64,000 nucleotides of DNA, from NCBI GenBank assembly GCA_026023565.1, contig JAPETS010000004.1, positions 496,001 to 560,000 of the forward strand, written 5' to 3'. This document shows positions 1-12,942 of this stretch, piece after piece. Every line of letters starts with the position of its first letter. The first letter of the stretch is position 1. A program made the position numbers and the translations under genes. Source of the stretch: Cirrosporium novae-zelandiae. Lineage: Eukaryota. The notes beneath the pieces are model-generated. The model made no database searches and was not told the DNA's origin. It saw only the letters and a program-made list of their open reading frames with translations.

Positions 1-1178
1 AGTCAGAAACGGCTGACGGAACTGTGTTATGCATACCGAGGGAGCGTGGTATGACGAGATTATATATTGAACTGGCATCTAGCAAGGTTGGGGTTCCTGA
101 ACCAAATGTGACTGAAGAACTAGTGATGGAAAGGGCAAGGGAAATATTCAAACCTTATCACCTTGAATGGAAGGGAATAGAATGGTTCGGCAATTATAGA
201 ATTGGACAAAGGGTTGCAAGCAAGTTTGCTTCTGCAGATCAGAGACTATTCATAGCTGGAGATGCTGCGCATACACACTCGCCCAAAGCAGCACAGGGCA
301 TGAACACCAGTATGCACGACACCTTCAACTTAGCTTGGAAGCTCAATCTTGCTGTCCGAGGTCTTGCAAAGCCACTTCTCTTAGGCACATATGAAGAAGA
401 GAGAAGAAAAATCGCTCAAGACCTCATCAACTTCGATCGCGAGCATGTCGAATCTTTCAAACTGGGTGGCGCAGCTCTGACTGAAAACTTTGATCTAAAC
501 ATTCGTTTTATCTCTGGCTGCGGTGCGGAATACCGTCCTTCAGTTCTTAACATCCCCGAAAAAGAATCGCACAACGGCCTGCTACGGGCCGGTGCCCTTC
601 TCCCCTCAGTCAAAGTTACCCGCTTCATCGACATCAACCCCATAGACATTGAACTTGATATCCCCATCTTAGGCCAATTCCGCATCTATTTCTTTGTACC
701 AGACATACACAAAGCGAAATCATTCCTCGACCAGGTCTGCCATCACGTGCACAGCGTGACGTCTGTGCTAGGAAACGTGTCCCTGCGAATGGAGAAATCC
801 CTCGCAATGATGGGGCCTCTACCCGTTGAATCGGATGGCTATATCCAACCCCAGCGGTATCATCCAGTCTCCCCGTTGGCGACCTATGCAGTAGTGACCA
901 ACACGCCGAAAGAATCTGTTGAGATAGCTCATCTTCCACCGTTGCTACAAGCGAGTAGATGGACGTTCTATCTTGATGATATTGATGCGAAAGAGGGAGG
1001 TGGCTGCATGAAGATGTGGCTCGGAGATGTGCCTGCAGGATCCGCAAATCTAGTCGTCGTGAGACCAGATGGATATCTTGCCACCATTGGACGATGGGAG
1101 AAGGCTGATGGACCTGCTGCTGTGTCGGCTGGGAAGTGGCTGGATGAATACTTTGGAGGATTCTTACAACATTCATGA
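1..1178 (+). CDS. hxnV: FAD-dependent phenol 2-monooxygenase family protein, HxnV-like (5'-truncated by window edge)
   Basis: Motifs YRIGQRVA, FIAGDAAHTHSPKAAQGMNTSMHDTFNLAWKL and TYEEERR, plus the C-terminal phenol-hydroxylase dimerisation domain ending VVVRPDGY. Stop TGA 1176-1178. The hxnV assignment rests on linkage to hxnR/S/T-like genes. Confidence 0.8.
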   Translation, partial: SETADGTVLCIPRERGMTRLYIELASSKVGVPEPNVTEELVMERAREIFKPYHLEWKGIEWFGNYRIGQRVASKFASADQRLFIAGDAAHTHSPKAAQGMNTSMHDTFNLAWKLNLAVRGLAKPLLLGTYEEERRKIAQDLINFDREHVESFKLGGAALTENFDLNIRFISGCGAEYRPSVLNIPEKESHNGLLRAGALLPSVKVTRFIDINPIDIELDIPILGQFRIYFFVPDIHKAKSFLDQVCHHVHSVTSVLGNVSLRMEKSLAMMGPLPVESDGYIQPQRYHPVSPLATYAVVTNTPKESVEIAHLPPLLQASRWTFYLDDIDAKEGGGCMKMWLGDVPAGSANLVVVRPDGYLATIGRWEKADGPAAVSAGKWLDEYFGGFLQHS

Positions 1179-4100
1179 CGATGGGCGGATTGATTGTGAT
1201 TCCATATTGTGCTTCTACTCCTACTTTTTGCAAGGTGTGGTTGGCGTTTCTCGATGTATCCCCCCCATGACCGGAGAATTCCAAACTATTTCTTAACTAC
1301 TTGACGTGTCTCGTTTTTTTCATGATGTCCCTCTATTCATACGTTTCCATTATCATCATTTACTCCGGGTCCCCGAATGTTTATCTATAGGAAATACGAT
1401 CGACGAGACGGATGATGGAGAAGAATGGATGTGGCTATGAATTTTGTTGCTAGAGGGTGTCCAACCAACCAACATAGCTCACTTGCATCTATCTATCTCC
1501 CATGGTCCCATTTTAAATTTTTTGCTCATTTTTTCCTTGTCATACGTCTTATTCTTTTTTTGTTTCCATTCATGGTGGCTCAACAACACGATGATACCTA
1601 AGGCGCATTTTATTGACATTGACATTGTGACTGACTGCTATATGATGATAAGAAAGGGGGCTACACATATTCTTTTGCCAAATCTCAAACCTCAAATCTC
1701 GAGAGATAAATTGAAATAACTCTTTTTATCAATTGGGCAGCAAGTAAGTGGTGGTTGTGGTGAAATGTAGCTAAAGTATCTGCAATAATTTGTATTTGTT
1801 AAGAGAGGTAAACCATGTAAAGTCATTCAGCATATCAGTATCTCGGAACAACCTCCGGATTAACCAGCCAACCAACCAGACACCCAATCTCGAATGAACA
1901 ACCCCCCTTCTCGTTGCCAGATCGGCCCCGACCGCCCAATCAATCAATCAATCAATCATGTAGATAATGTAGGTCCTTCGAAACCTCGCGCCCTACAAAT
2001 CCCAGGTAAATATCATCCCAGAAATATGAAGGACTTCCTTCCTATGTATTTATTTAGGGGGAGAGGAAGGGTTATTCAAAAAATGAAGCTTTGCAACCAT
2101 CATCACCTTTCTTGCCCTCCCTTCCTTCTACAGTACACAGTAGCAACTTCATCAAATCTGAAGAAGGGGGATCGAGGATCAGATCCATTCATTAGATTAG
2201 ATTAGATTACTTACTTTCCCGTTTCCGTTTGTCTGTCTGTTGAAAATATTCAAATATAAAATACGGTGTATAGATGATTAAGATTTTTGGTATTCAAGGG
2301 AGGATATTGATAGGTATCGTATGTATTGTATGGAGAGAGAAAAAGGGGGATGGTAGATAGCCTAGTTCTTGAGTTCTTTCTTTGTTAGATTCTTAGATCC
2401 ATTCTTAGGTCTGTTCGGTCCACCAAACCGACTAACTAGGTACCTAGGTATCTATCTAACTCGTCAACCCGTTCATTGATTCATTCATTATTTCTCTTCT
2501 GACTTCTGAATTGTGCGATTGTTTTGGATTTGGCTATTACTAAGTAGGTGGAATTGGGAGTTTTTCGTTTTTCGTTTTTTTTTTGTCGTTGTTATATATG
2601 AATGAGTGAGTGAGGGGAGGGAAGGGGGTTTCATATCACCTATTCAAAAAAAAACTTGAGTTAGTAATAATATAATAATAATGAATGGATTAAACTAGTT
2701 AAGAATTATCTAATAGTATATAGTACGGTTTTAGCTGAAGGCACTCGAAACTCCCCCTCCCACCACTACCACTACCACATCTACGCTTAAAAAAAACAAT
2801 AACCAAAATCACATTCCCATTAATTACTCAATGATCAGTGAAAGCTAAGGAGTTCAACAACAGCAATCTAATAAAAAACGTAAAAGTGCTATTAGTGAGT
2901 GATATTCTGTTTTAAATATATATATATTGACTGATGTTAGCAACATACGTACGCCGAGGCGGTTGGTTATTAGACCAGATTATATGTATATATGATTGAT
3001 TGATTCAAGTGTTAGCTAGATGAGGAGGAGGTTACAGGTCGTGATTATCTACGGGTTCAAGAAGGCGTCGCCGCCCCTTTGATGAAGACACACGCATACT
3101 ATTATAGAATAAGTGTACATGTACAAGATGGAATTGGCTTTGAGCAGCATATATTTCTAAGTAATGTGATTGAGGGGGATATATTTTTACTAAAGACACT
3201 CAGTGGCAGCTATTCTCTTAGAAAAGATTTTTCTATATTGTTTGTTGGAAAGTCTCAAGCGTTTATATGTAAATTTATCATCCCTCCCTACCTTGGTTGC
3301 TTGTTCTACTACAATACCAAGATATATATAGTATTTTCTTAACAAGCTTGATAAGTAGCAATTATTCGCTGCGTCTAAACAGGTTTGTCCGTTAAGAGCA
3401 CAACAAGCCTTATCGGGTCTTATCAGCTTAAAACTACGCTAATTCTTCTTTATAAGACTGTACTTACTCAAAAACAAAAACCGTTAGTTATGCAATCCCA
3501 CGCCAGCCACCAACACATCTCGAATCCTGCGCTATGGACAGGCATCGTTCCATACTCGCATGCATGCACCATGACGCATTTCTCTCTTCCTCGTAACCAA
3601 CCCACCACCCTCTTGATTTCAAAGCAAGGGCTAGGGCGTTTAAGGATACACAAAATGTAGCTATGAATATAATTTTTGAAGGAGGGAAAAAAAAGGCCCT
3701 TGTGGGCGTTTCGGAAAATGCCAAGCTTCGGGCTTTGATATGCTACTGGAGTATAATCCGTGTAAGCCCCTCTGATCCTTGTAAAAATAAAAGGAGCTAA
3801 ATAACCAAATACCGCATTGAGCTATTTCGCGGGGAAGCAGATTATTTAGGCCATGGGTCACGCCATACGCAAAGACGGCTCAGGTAAGACCTTCGGTTTC
3901 TTCCAGCCTCCAGATGGAAATATCCGCTTCCTATGTAGTGGCAGATTATGCATAACCGATCAGAAGCGAGGTTAGCACGGTTAGTTATGGAGTCTGTGCT
4001 CCACCCAAATTCCACGTGGTGAAGAAGACGTAATGATGTAGCATGGGAATATCGGTCGGCGTTAAGCGATGCGCCTGGATGTAGGCAGCTGGGGTGGGGA

Positions 4101-4465
4101 AGGCGAAGACCGGTTCGTTACGTAGAGGATGGAGAGGTTTCCAGATGAAGATAGGAAGATGTAGAGTTAGGAAGGTTGCTAGTGGCAGATTCCGATGTAG
4201 GATTGGGTTCTTGGAAGAGGTAGTGGTTGTTGGGAACCTTAGACTGGACCGTGGAGAGTGGATGGATGGATGGTGGATGGGCGTAGCTGAAGATGGATAA
4301 TACCAGGGCGATCCGGCGGCATCGGATAGCCGTCAGAATATCGGATGCTGCCTTGTCCGGTCACTTCTCTCTTGAGGTAGTGCTTCTACCAAGTAGAGGT
4401 GAAGAAGCCACTACTACGGAGCTCCTCCTATTATCCTGTCTCTTAGGCCATCACTTTCCTCTTAC

Positions 4466-7435
4466 TCAATCGGCAGCCCTCAAGGCCAATACTTGCAGAA
4501 TTTTCATGCCCGCTCTCACGATCGCCCATCTAACTAGACTCAACCTCTTCGCCATCACGTTCGTCAGTCCATTCGTTCTGAAATGCCCAGCAACACGCTT
4601 CAGGTCTTCGACCGACTTGCAAGATCTCATGCCTACAACTAGCGTAGTCATTTCTGCCTCATCGTCAAATATGCCGTCGCCGAGATGGCTGGAGCATAAG
4701 CCAGAGCCAGGGAGGCTGCTGTGATCGCTTCCGCTGCTGTTACTACTGCCAGCAATGGGATTGGGGGATACTTGTTGGGCTGTATAGTTGAAGGCCCAGC
4801 AGGTGAGTGTTGCGAGGTAAAGACACCATGGATAGTGGAAGAGATCATTATCATCCCAATCATCTAGGTTCATTATGTTGTCATGAAGAATCCGCACTGC
4901 ATGCCATGCAGCCGTTGAGGCGCATCTGGACTCATCGTTAATCCAATGCAACGCATATTCCTTAGCTCGCTCGTAATTTGGAGGTTTAATACCTCGACCT
5001 GGGATTTGTTCAGCTCCTGCATAGAGCTGGAGGTCGAGGATTTCTGCATTCAGGATTATGTGCGCAGCGTGGTATATGGCTAATGTAGCAACTTTCATGC
5101 TGGTGAATTTTCGGGTGCTGTTCCGAAGCGAGAGCTTTTGAGCGATGCAATCGGAATCGAAATCAGCCTTCCAGAGATCATATGAGCGACCAAGACGATG
5201 TTTCCAGGCGCCTTCCCCAATAATTCCACCAGCTCCTAAAAACTGATTAGCGGTGCAGACGCCGAATTAGCTTTCGACTGAAAGGCATACCAAGAGAGGT
5301 TTGGTCTCTCCTATTTAAGTCCCAGGAGATTGACATAAGCCCATGCAAAAGCAAGAGCCTTGATGGCATGTTAACATTTCGAGATGCTGATATGATATCA
5401 GGAGCAGTATATGCCCTCAGAGTCTGCAAGAACAATGGTGGTGGCGACTCTCCTCTCGCATATTCATACCAATCCTCTGCAGATTGGGCTTCCCAGGTTG
5501 CTGCATTGCAAGGTAGAGATAAACGAAGCTCGAATGCGCTCATACACAAAGACTGGCTGAACAAAACTGCATGCTGAGTATCCCAAAGAAAACAAAGGAG
5601 AGCAAGCCTCTTCTTCTGTTCTGCATTCATAGAGCGTTTCCAATAGCTTTCCAGATTTTCGTTTCCGTCTCTTTGAAGAGGGGTTATGATACTTTGACAA
5701 TCACTTCGTCGGATCAAATTGATGAGGAGGCCATGGAACAAATGTGCCATGTCGTGCTGGCGCTGCCCTGCCCTAGATTTTCCAAAGCATTCGACTAATA
5801 AGATCGTCTGCAAAACCCAGAGTTCCGGTTGAGGATTGAAAGCTGGATGAGCAAAAATCAGAGCTCGCAGTCCATCGTGGATACAAACAGCCATCATATG
5901 ACAATCTTTTGCACCATATGTAGCCCCTAGGAGTAACATCGAAGTTAAAAGAAGGGGCTCAGTGGTGGATGGATCGAAAGTGGCTTGGTGAACAAGGGGA
6001 TAAGCGTTATTGAATCTAGTGAAGAAGAGATCAAAGTAATTTTGAAGAGCTGAGAGTGATAGCAGAGGTGATTGAGGCCCTATTTCGATACCTGCAATGG
6101 TTCTTGGTTGCGTACGAGATATTATGCTTAGTATTTTCTCCCTCGCACTTGCAGTTATCATTGGTAGGCCGTTACCTACGCTGTGGCCTTGTAAGACGTT
6201 TTTGCTAGTACTCCAAGATATCTGGTTGATGGGCTGCATGAAGGTAGACGGGGCCTGCGCATTTGACCCCAATGCGTTCGCATCAGCGCTTTGTGGCAAC
6301 GATAAGGTTTGAGACATGGGATTTGAATGGTCTTCTGGTGAGCCTACAATATTTCCTTCTATTGGAGGGGGGTAGTTCGTTATGTCTAAGGAGGGTATAG
6401 TCGATGTCATAAACCATGGTTCTATTGATGGCTCTGGCACATGGTTTCTAGAGGAGATAGTAGCTTCTGTTAGTGGAGCAGACTCGGGCAAGAACATTTC
6501 ATTACCAGTGTTGGCATCAAATAACCACGTGTAGTTACTCAGTGTTGTAAAAGGTTGGTTAAATGATGACGCTTCCCATTCATGTCAGTATAACAACAAG
6601 AATATGCGCCGAACTGCCTACCTGCATCAGGATTAAACATGTCATTGTTATCGGGTATATCAGATGGATGATCCAGAGTTGCCCATTGCTCCACGGCAGC
6701 ATGCTCGAAGTACTCGGACCCAGTTGTTGAGAATCCAGTGTCCATACCAGACGCTAGCATGGACGAGGTCATTGCATGGTCCTCTGGACTAGGCATAAAC
6801 TCTCCTTGAGAATGGGAAGCGATGGGACTTTGTTCTTCAAACACTGCTTGTGGCGATTTGGATGGCGATATAGGAACTTGACCTTGCTGGGAGTCTTGCT
6901 CCTGATCTTGATCATGCTGGCTATGGCTATCCGAGTGGGCTGTAGACGAAGGTGGGGTTTGTCTAGCAGCATTTTTTCTTGCATGGCGCTCTCCTGGTCT
7001 GGATATAATTTCCCCATTGGCATTCCTGAACATTCGTCTTCTGGTCATCAGAACTCCTCGACCATAGCCACCAGCCTCTTGATCCTTTTTTGTATGTCGA
7101 TCCATATGCCTTGCTTTTATGAAACATCAGCACTTGGCAAAGATGAAACCCTCAGAAGCGTTTGAATCAAAGTGCTCACCAAGCAGATCGGGTCTCATAA
7201 AATCAAGACTGCAGCGGGGGCAAATGTTGTTTCCTTCTCCATGATTCAAAGCATGTCGCTTCAGACGATCTAGTCGCATGAAGGACTTGCCACAGCCTTC
7301 CTTTTCACAAGTGTATCGAGGACCAGTGGGCGTATTTTTTTTCGAGACTTGAGCAATCGGCCGATCGTCTCTTCCTGTATCGGCTGTGCGTGAATTATTA
7401 TTCTGATGGCGGTTAACAACCATATTGATAGACAT
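4466..7435 (-). CDS. hxnR: Two-finger C2H2 plus fungal-specific TF domain regulator, HxnR-like
   Basis: First ATG at 7435 (the 7480 ORF start is TTG). Finger 1 is CEKEGCGKSFMRLDRLKRHALNH. Finger 2, CPRCSLDFMRPDLLARHMDRH, is restored by splicing intron 7114-7179. Further introns at ~6572-6621 and ~5236-5290. Fungal_trans-type region YFDLFFTRFNNAYPLVHQATF and C-terminal FHYPWCLYLATLTCWAF. Adjacent to hxnS. Confidence 0.85.
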
Positions 7436-8146
7436 GAAATTTCTGTAAAGATAAATATTACGCGGAGGAGAATGGATCAAGAGGGCAATTGGAAACTAGG
7501 TGGATTTGAAGAGTCATGGAGGGGCAGGGTAGAACAGGCTGAGCAGTCCAGACGGAAAGAAACGAGGATGGATTATTGCCAGCCTCATGATTTGAAGCAG
7601 AGGTTCTGTACAACTCGGGCATTTTTGATTCCAATGATCGGACAGGAAGGTTTAGGACATGCCGAAACAACCCCGAAGGACCTTCCCAGCAGCGTATCTT
7701 TGTGTGTCTTGGTGGAGAGTACAGGGAAAGATTTCAAGATTTCAAGTATTGATTCGGTAATGCACATTATCCCACCAGCTCACGTATCTTTTTCCCTTAT
7801 CGCCAATTCTTATCTCTCTACAATATTATTCACCTTCACCTTCTTCCATTTGACCAATCAATATTCATTCAATCATATTGACTAATTACGAGTATTGTTA
7901 TCCTCCCCATATAAATCATCGAATTAGAGAATTTGTTTTTACCCTTTGATGTACTTTCTGCTTTATACCCCAGAATCCCTTTAAACCCAAGTGCCCGAGG
8001 GAGCTCCTCGGTCCCTGAGGGTCGGATTAGCGCCCGTCGCCCGATAATCTTTGGCCCGAAGCTGATAGCCTTTTACCTATCTTATCTGCAATTTTATTTG
8101 ATATTCTTTTACAACAGTATGCCAAATCAGATACCAAGTCTCAAAT

Positions 8147-11100
8147 CTAGGTAATGCTAACAAAAAAGTTCTTGTCTTTCCCTTCTGCCACTGTGCCCTT
8201 CTTGAGCAACGGGTCACCAACTGCCAGCCTCAACCTTTCAGCCGTAGCAGGGCTTTGGAGGACTAAAGGCTCTTCGATACCATTGTCTTTTCGTGCACTG
8301 CGCAGTGCTTCCCGCAGGGCAAAGAATACCGAGCAGCCTAGGAAGAGAGGAGGTTCTCCAATCCCTTTGCTACTCTGGATTGATCGAAGATGTTGCCAAC
8401 TTACCCCTTGAAGGAAGGTAACGTTGAATTCCTGAGGGATGTCGCTAAAGCCGGGAATTTTGTATGTGCCCGGTCCTCGTGTAGAAAGTTCACCATTTTG
8501 TGTCCATAAGGATTCTTCAATGGTATATAGTCCCTGGCCTTGTATAAACGCGCCCTCGATCTGGCCATAATCAATTGCTGGGTTGATAGAGCGGCCAATA
8601 TCCATTTTGATATCAGTACGTAGCACAGTATGGTCACCTGTCAGACAGTCAAGTTCGACTTCGGATATTGCTACACCTTGGGTAACTGCAATTGGTCGTT
8701 AGATTCTTCACCATCTTCGTATACATAGAATCCAACTCACAGTAATAGTACATCGGATTTTGCTTTGCTGGATCATATTCTCCCCATATATGTCCGATAC
8801 GAGGCATTTTCCAAAATCCATGAGCGTTAAGATCAACCCGGTCTAGATAAGCAGCATGCGCTAAGGTCTTCATAGGAGCATTTGAACCATACTTTTTACG
8901 GTACGGTTGTAAACGTTCATTGAGTTGATCACATGCATTCTTGATTGCCATTCCGTTAAGATCGCTTCCTGATGATGCAGCTGTAGGAGACGCGTTTGCA
9001 ACCTGATACGACGTCGTATCTTGGGTAAAGACGGAGTCTAAGGGAACCCCAAGTTCCTGAGCAGCGATTTGACACATCTTGGTGTAGAGGCCCTGACCCA
9101 TTTCTGTGCCACCATGATTGAGCAGAATACTACCATCGCCATATATCCTAACCATTGCACCCGCTTGATTCAAGTGTAGCGCCGTTGCAAAACTTAACCC
9201 AAATTTGGTCGGGATCATGGCAATCCCTCGTTTTCTCCACTTGTTCTTGGAATTGAATTCATCAACCTTTACTTTGCGTGCTTCATAGTCGGCTTCCTTG
9301 TGGATCTGTTCTATCAAAAGGGGTACATGCCAATCCTCATCAATTTTCTGATGGAACGGTGTAAGGTCCCCCTGTTTATACATATTCCTTAGCCTTAGCT
9401 CGTCGATTGGAATATCCAAGCCCTCGGCGATAGTGCTCATAATGGTTTCAGTAATCCACATGCCCTGGGGGCCGCCAAACCCTCTGAATGCAGTGTTCGA
9501 GACGGTGTTGGTCCTGCAGGCATGAGCACGAATATGAACATTAGGTATCTGGTAGCAGTTTTCAAGATGGGTTATGCAACGGTCTAGTACGCTGCCGCTC
9601 ATATCTTGGGAATATCCTCCATTGTCATATACGTCGGCATCAAGAGCCACAAGTTTGCCTTTGTTTGTTACTCCGACTTTCCATCTGGACTGAACTGGAT
9701 GTCTTTGACCAGAGGTCATGATATCTTCGTCTCTGTTCAACATACAACGCACTGGACGGTTTTCTTTCTTGGCAGCAACTGCAAGTATGGCTGCTAGCTG
9801 GCAGGCCCGTGACTCTTTCCCACCGAATGCTCCACCCATCCGCTTTACTCTAGCATTAACACGGTTACTAGGGACCCCAAGCACCTGGCTCACAAATTCC
9901 TGTACTTCCATAGTGTTCTGAGTCGAAGACCATACTTCCATAGCGTCATCTTCTAGAGGTATACACAAAGCAGCATTTGTTTCGAGGTAGAAATGTTCTT
10001 GACCTCCCATACGTGTCAAGCCAGTGAACACCCGGTCACAACCTGCGAAGATTTTATCCATCTCCGCTAGTTGGGCGCCTTTCCGTAGCTCTTTACTATG
10101 CGGGAAGAAGCTATTTGCTTCTATTGCTTCATCGATGGTAAGTATTGGTGGCAATTCTTCATAAACAACATTCACCGCTTTGGCAGCCGCCTGTGCTTTA
10201 TGGCTGGTCTCTGCATAGACTAGACCGATGGGTTGGCCATGCGAAAAGACTTTGTTCTCTGCAAAGAATGGTTCATCCTTGATAGCCGATCCCCAAAGAT
10301 TAGCTTCTTTAGGGATGCTATGTCTATCAACATATCCTAAGGCAAGGCCTGGGGCAAGTGCCGGAGTCCAGTCAACGCTGATTATTTTTGCGTGTGCCTT
10401 CGCCGAAAGCACCAGAGCTCCATAAAGTTCCCGAGCTTGAGGGGGCATATCGTCAACATATTCAGCTTGCCCAGTGTTTTGCTTCAGTGCAGACAGATGG
10501 GGAACCTGCTGTCCAACAACCCTTTGAGCATGTGGGTTATGGTTGTCTCTCATCCCACGCGAAATACCTCGGTGGATTTCTGTAGCTGCTTGAATATCGA
10601 CTTTACCGAGGTTCAGATCTGTCATGACTTCATGCCAGAAGCGGAAGAAAAATGATATTGCAAGGGTCTTCCGGTAAGTTGCCATTCCACCTAGAACCCC
10701 AAATTTGAGGTCAAAGTCTTTTGTAAGTGCATCGATACCCTCATCTAGAGTCTTTTGATCAGCCCACAGTTTGCCAATGAGAACACCTTCCGCAAATTCG
10801 GCCCGCTTGACTGTCGGCGCCATGCCCCCGTATATCAGAGATATGTCCTCCACTTCCATATTGGCATTGAGTTTCACTCTCATTGCAGCGGTAACAATGG
10901 CAATGTCGTCGTCTTTTCTCTTGGCTTGCTTATATGCTTTAGTAAGTTCAGAAGTACCTGGCGCAGGTAATGGGATATGGACACGGGTGATTATAGAATC
11001 TGGAGGAAGGGTGGTCTTTCGATAGCCAATGAAGAATTGGGTCATTGGTAGAGTTATTTCTCCACTAAAGTTTTGCGCGACCAAGGAGGCCTTGGTTGCC

Positions 11101-12942
11101 ACAAGGAGAGGACTAATATCTGAAATAGGGGAGGCTGTCGCGATGTTACCGGCTATCGAGGCAACATTCCTTATCTGTCTACCTGCAAAATATCTGAGTT
11201 GCTTCCGAAGAGCTTCGAGAGGAGATGCTCTTTGACCTAGTTTTGTATAAAGGGTCTTGCATATTTGCTCGACTTCTGTCAAAGTGGTGTTCGCACCAAC
11301 AACTAGCTCCTTGAGCGTCTGAATCTCAGCCTCTGTCTCTGGAACTTGAGTTTCAGCCAATTCAGGAACGTCCCCAATATATACTAGAACGTAGTAAGGA
11401 GCATTCTTAAAACGTATCTCAATCTGAACTTCACTAGATCCACTTATAATCTTAGCCATTGGATAAGCAGCCTTAACAGCCACTAATTGGGAAAGACTAA
11501 GAGGGCGGATCCATATCTTCTGTGAGCTACAATAAGAGATCGGTATATCTTCAAATTTGCGCAAGGCAGGTGGAAATATCAGCTCGGTTGATGGAGAGTA
11601 TGGTCGGAAGTCGAACTGCAGGACACCTTTGTCTGTCCCCTTCAGCGGCGGCGCTTCTAGAGCGCTAGTGGCTTTCACTCCTTCTATTCCTTTGCTTTTA
11701 TTTTCCCTCGATTTCATAGGCTTCCCATATGTAGATCCATTCAAATCAGCAGCCTCATTATGGGTCTCTGAGCTCGTATCACTATCAACAACCTTCGTAC
11801 TATCACTGCTTGTTGGACTGCTGGAACCACTATCAGATAGTAACGTGCTTGAGCTTGATCGCTCTGGAGGTGCATCTTTCACAGAACCACATAATGTGCC
11901 ACTTTGCTGGTCTCTGCAGCAACCTCCAGGCCTCCCACAAGAGAATGTAGATTTGACTGGATTGTCGGATTGACTCTCCGAACGATACAATGTATCCTCT
12001 TTGCTTTTATCTTCGGCGCTTATCTCAACTCTAGGCTCTGAAGGCTCCTCTAGTAGTTGACCCTTGAGATCTTCAGTTACGAAGGTTTTTGCTGCCTGGA
12101 AGAAAGTTAGAGATCTCCTTGAAGTAGATTTGTTCATAAAATAGGCAATCGCAACAGTTGCCTTGAGCTATAGAATTGAAAGGCCTTCGAAGACATCGGA
12201 AAAATCCAATTCTTTAATCGAGTCATTCAACTCCCAGTTGGGCCACGTTTCAAGCTAACAAATGTTATAGGTTGGGGAAGTATACCTGAAGGATTGGTTT
12301 ATACCCAGTACATCTGCATAGGTTTCCATCTAGGTGACCTTCAAGCTCAATATCATTTTCGGACAAGTGAAACTTTTGAGTCTTTGGATTGTAGGCATTT
12401 CGTATAAGGGCATATAGTGACATTATTATGCCAGGCGTGCAGAAACCACATCTAAATGGAAATTAGTATTGTCTAAAGATACGAACAGATGTAGCCCTCC
12501 TACTGTGATCCATGTAGTTTTGCAACTCTTTCCTGTAGAGGATGGGGGTTTTTGGCAGTTCCCAGGCCTTCTATAGTGATTACATGCTTTCCAACCACTG
12601 TTAGATGTAACAATTAGTCAGCCTATTTGGTTGAACCCAAGGTCTCAGTTGTTTTTGCACACCTCCTATGAGCGGGAATAGACACGCATTAACGGAAAGA
12701 TGTTGGATTCTTCCCTTCTTCAGTGTCTGTAAAACTACTGTACAAGCACCACATCCTCCTTCGCCACAGCCAAGTTTGGTTCCTTTTAAGCCGTGCTGAG
12801 ATCTTATAAAATCGAGCAAAGTCCACTCGGGGTTTGGGTTATCGAGTTTAATCTTAGTACCATTCAAAAAAAAGAATATCGATGATTTTGAGTAGGTGTT
12901 CTGTATTAATTGCAACAACGTCTCACTTTCGGTGAAAGCCAT
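8147..12942 (-). CDS. hxnS: Xanthine dehydrogenase paralogue, purine hydroxylase II / nicotinate hydroxylase (Mo-cofactor, 2x[2Fe-2S], FAD)
   Basis: ATG 12942; introns 12598-12662, 12452-12503, 12096-12285 and 8686-8740. Fe/S motifs [24 protein letters not shown] and GNLCRCTGY. Moco-domain motifs [19 protein letters not shown] and SKGIGEPP. The FATALH motif and an insertion within the second Fe/S domain are HxnS-type features. Confidence 0.92.

Noticed and set aside
12096..12285. Stwintron (nested intron)
   Set aside because: I could not find an internal intron whose removal would rebuild a donor, branch or acceptor site.
8147..12942. Canonical xanthine dehydrogenase (hxA)
   Set aside because: The FATALH insertion, the Fe/S-domain insertion and the neighbouring genes favour the HxnS paralogue.
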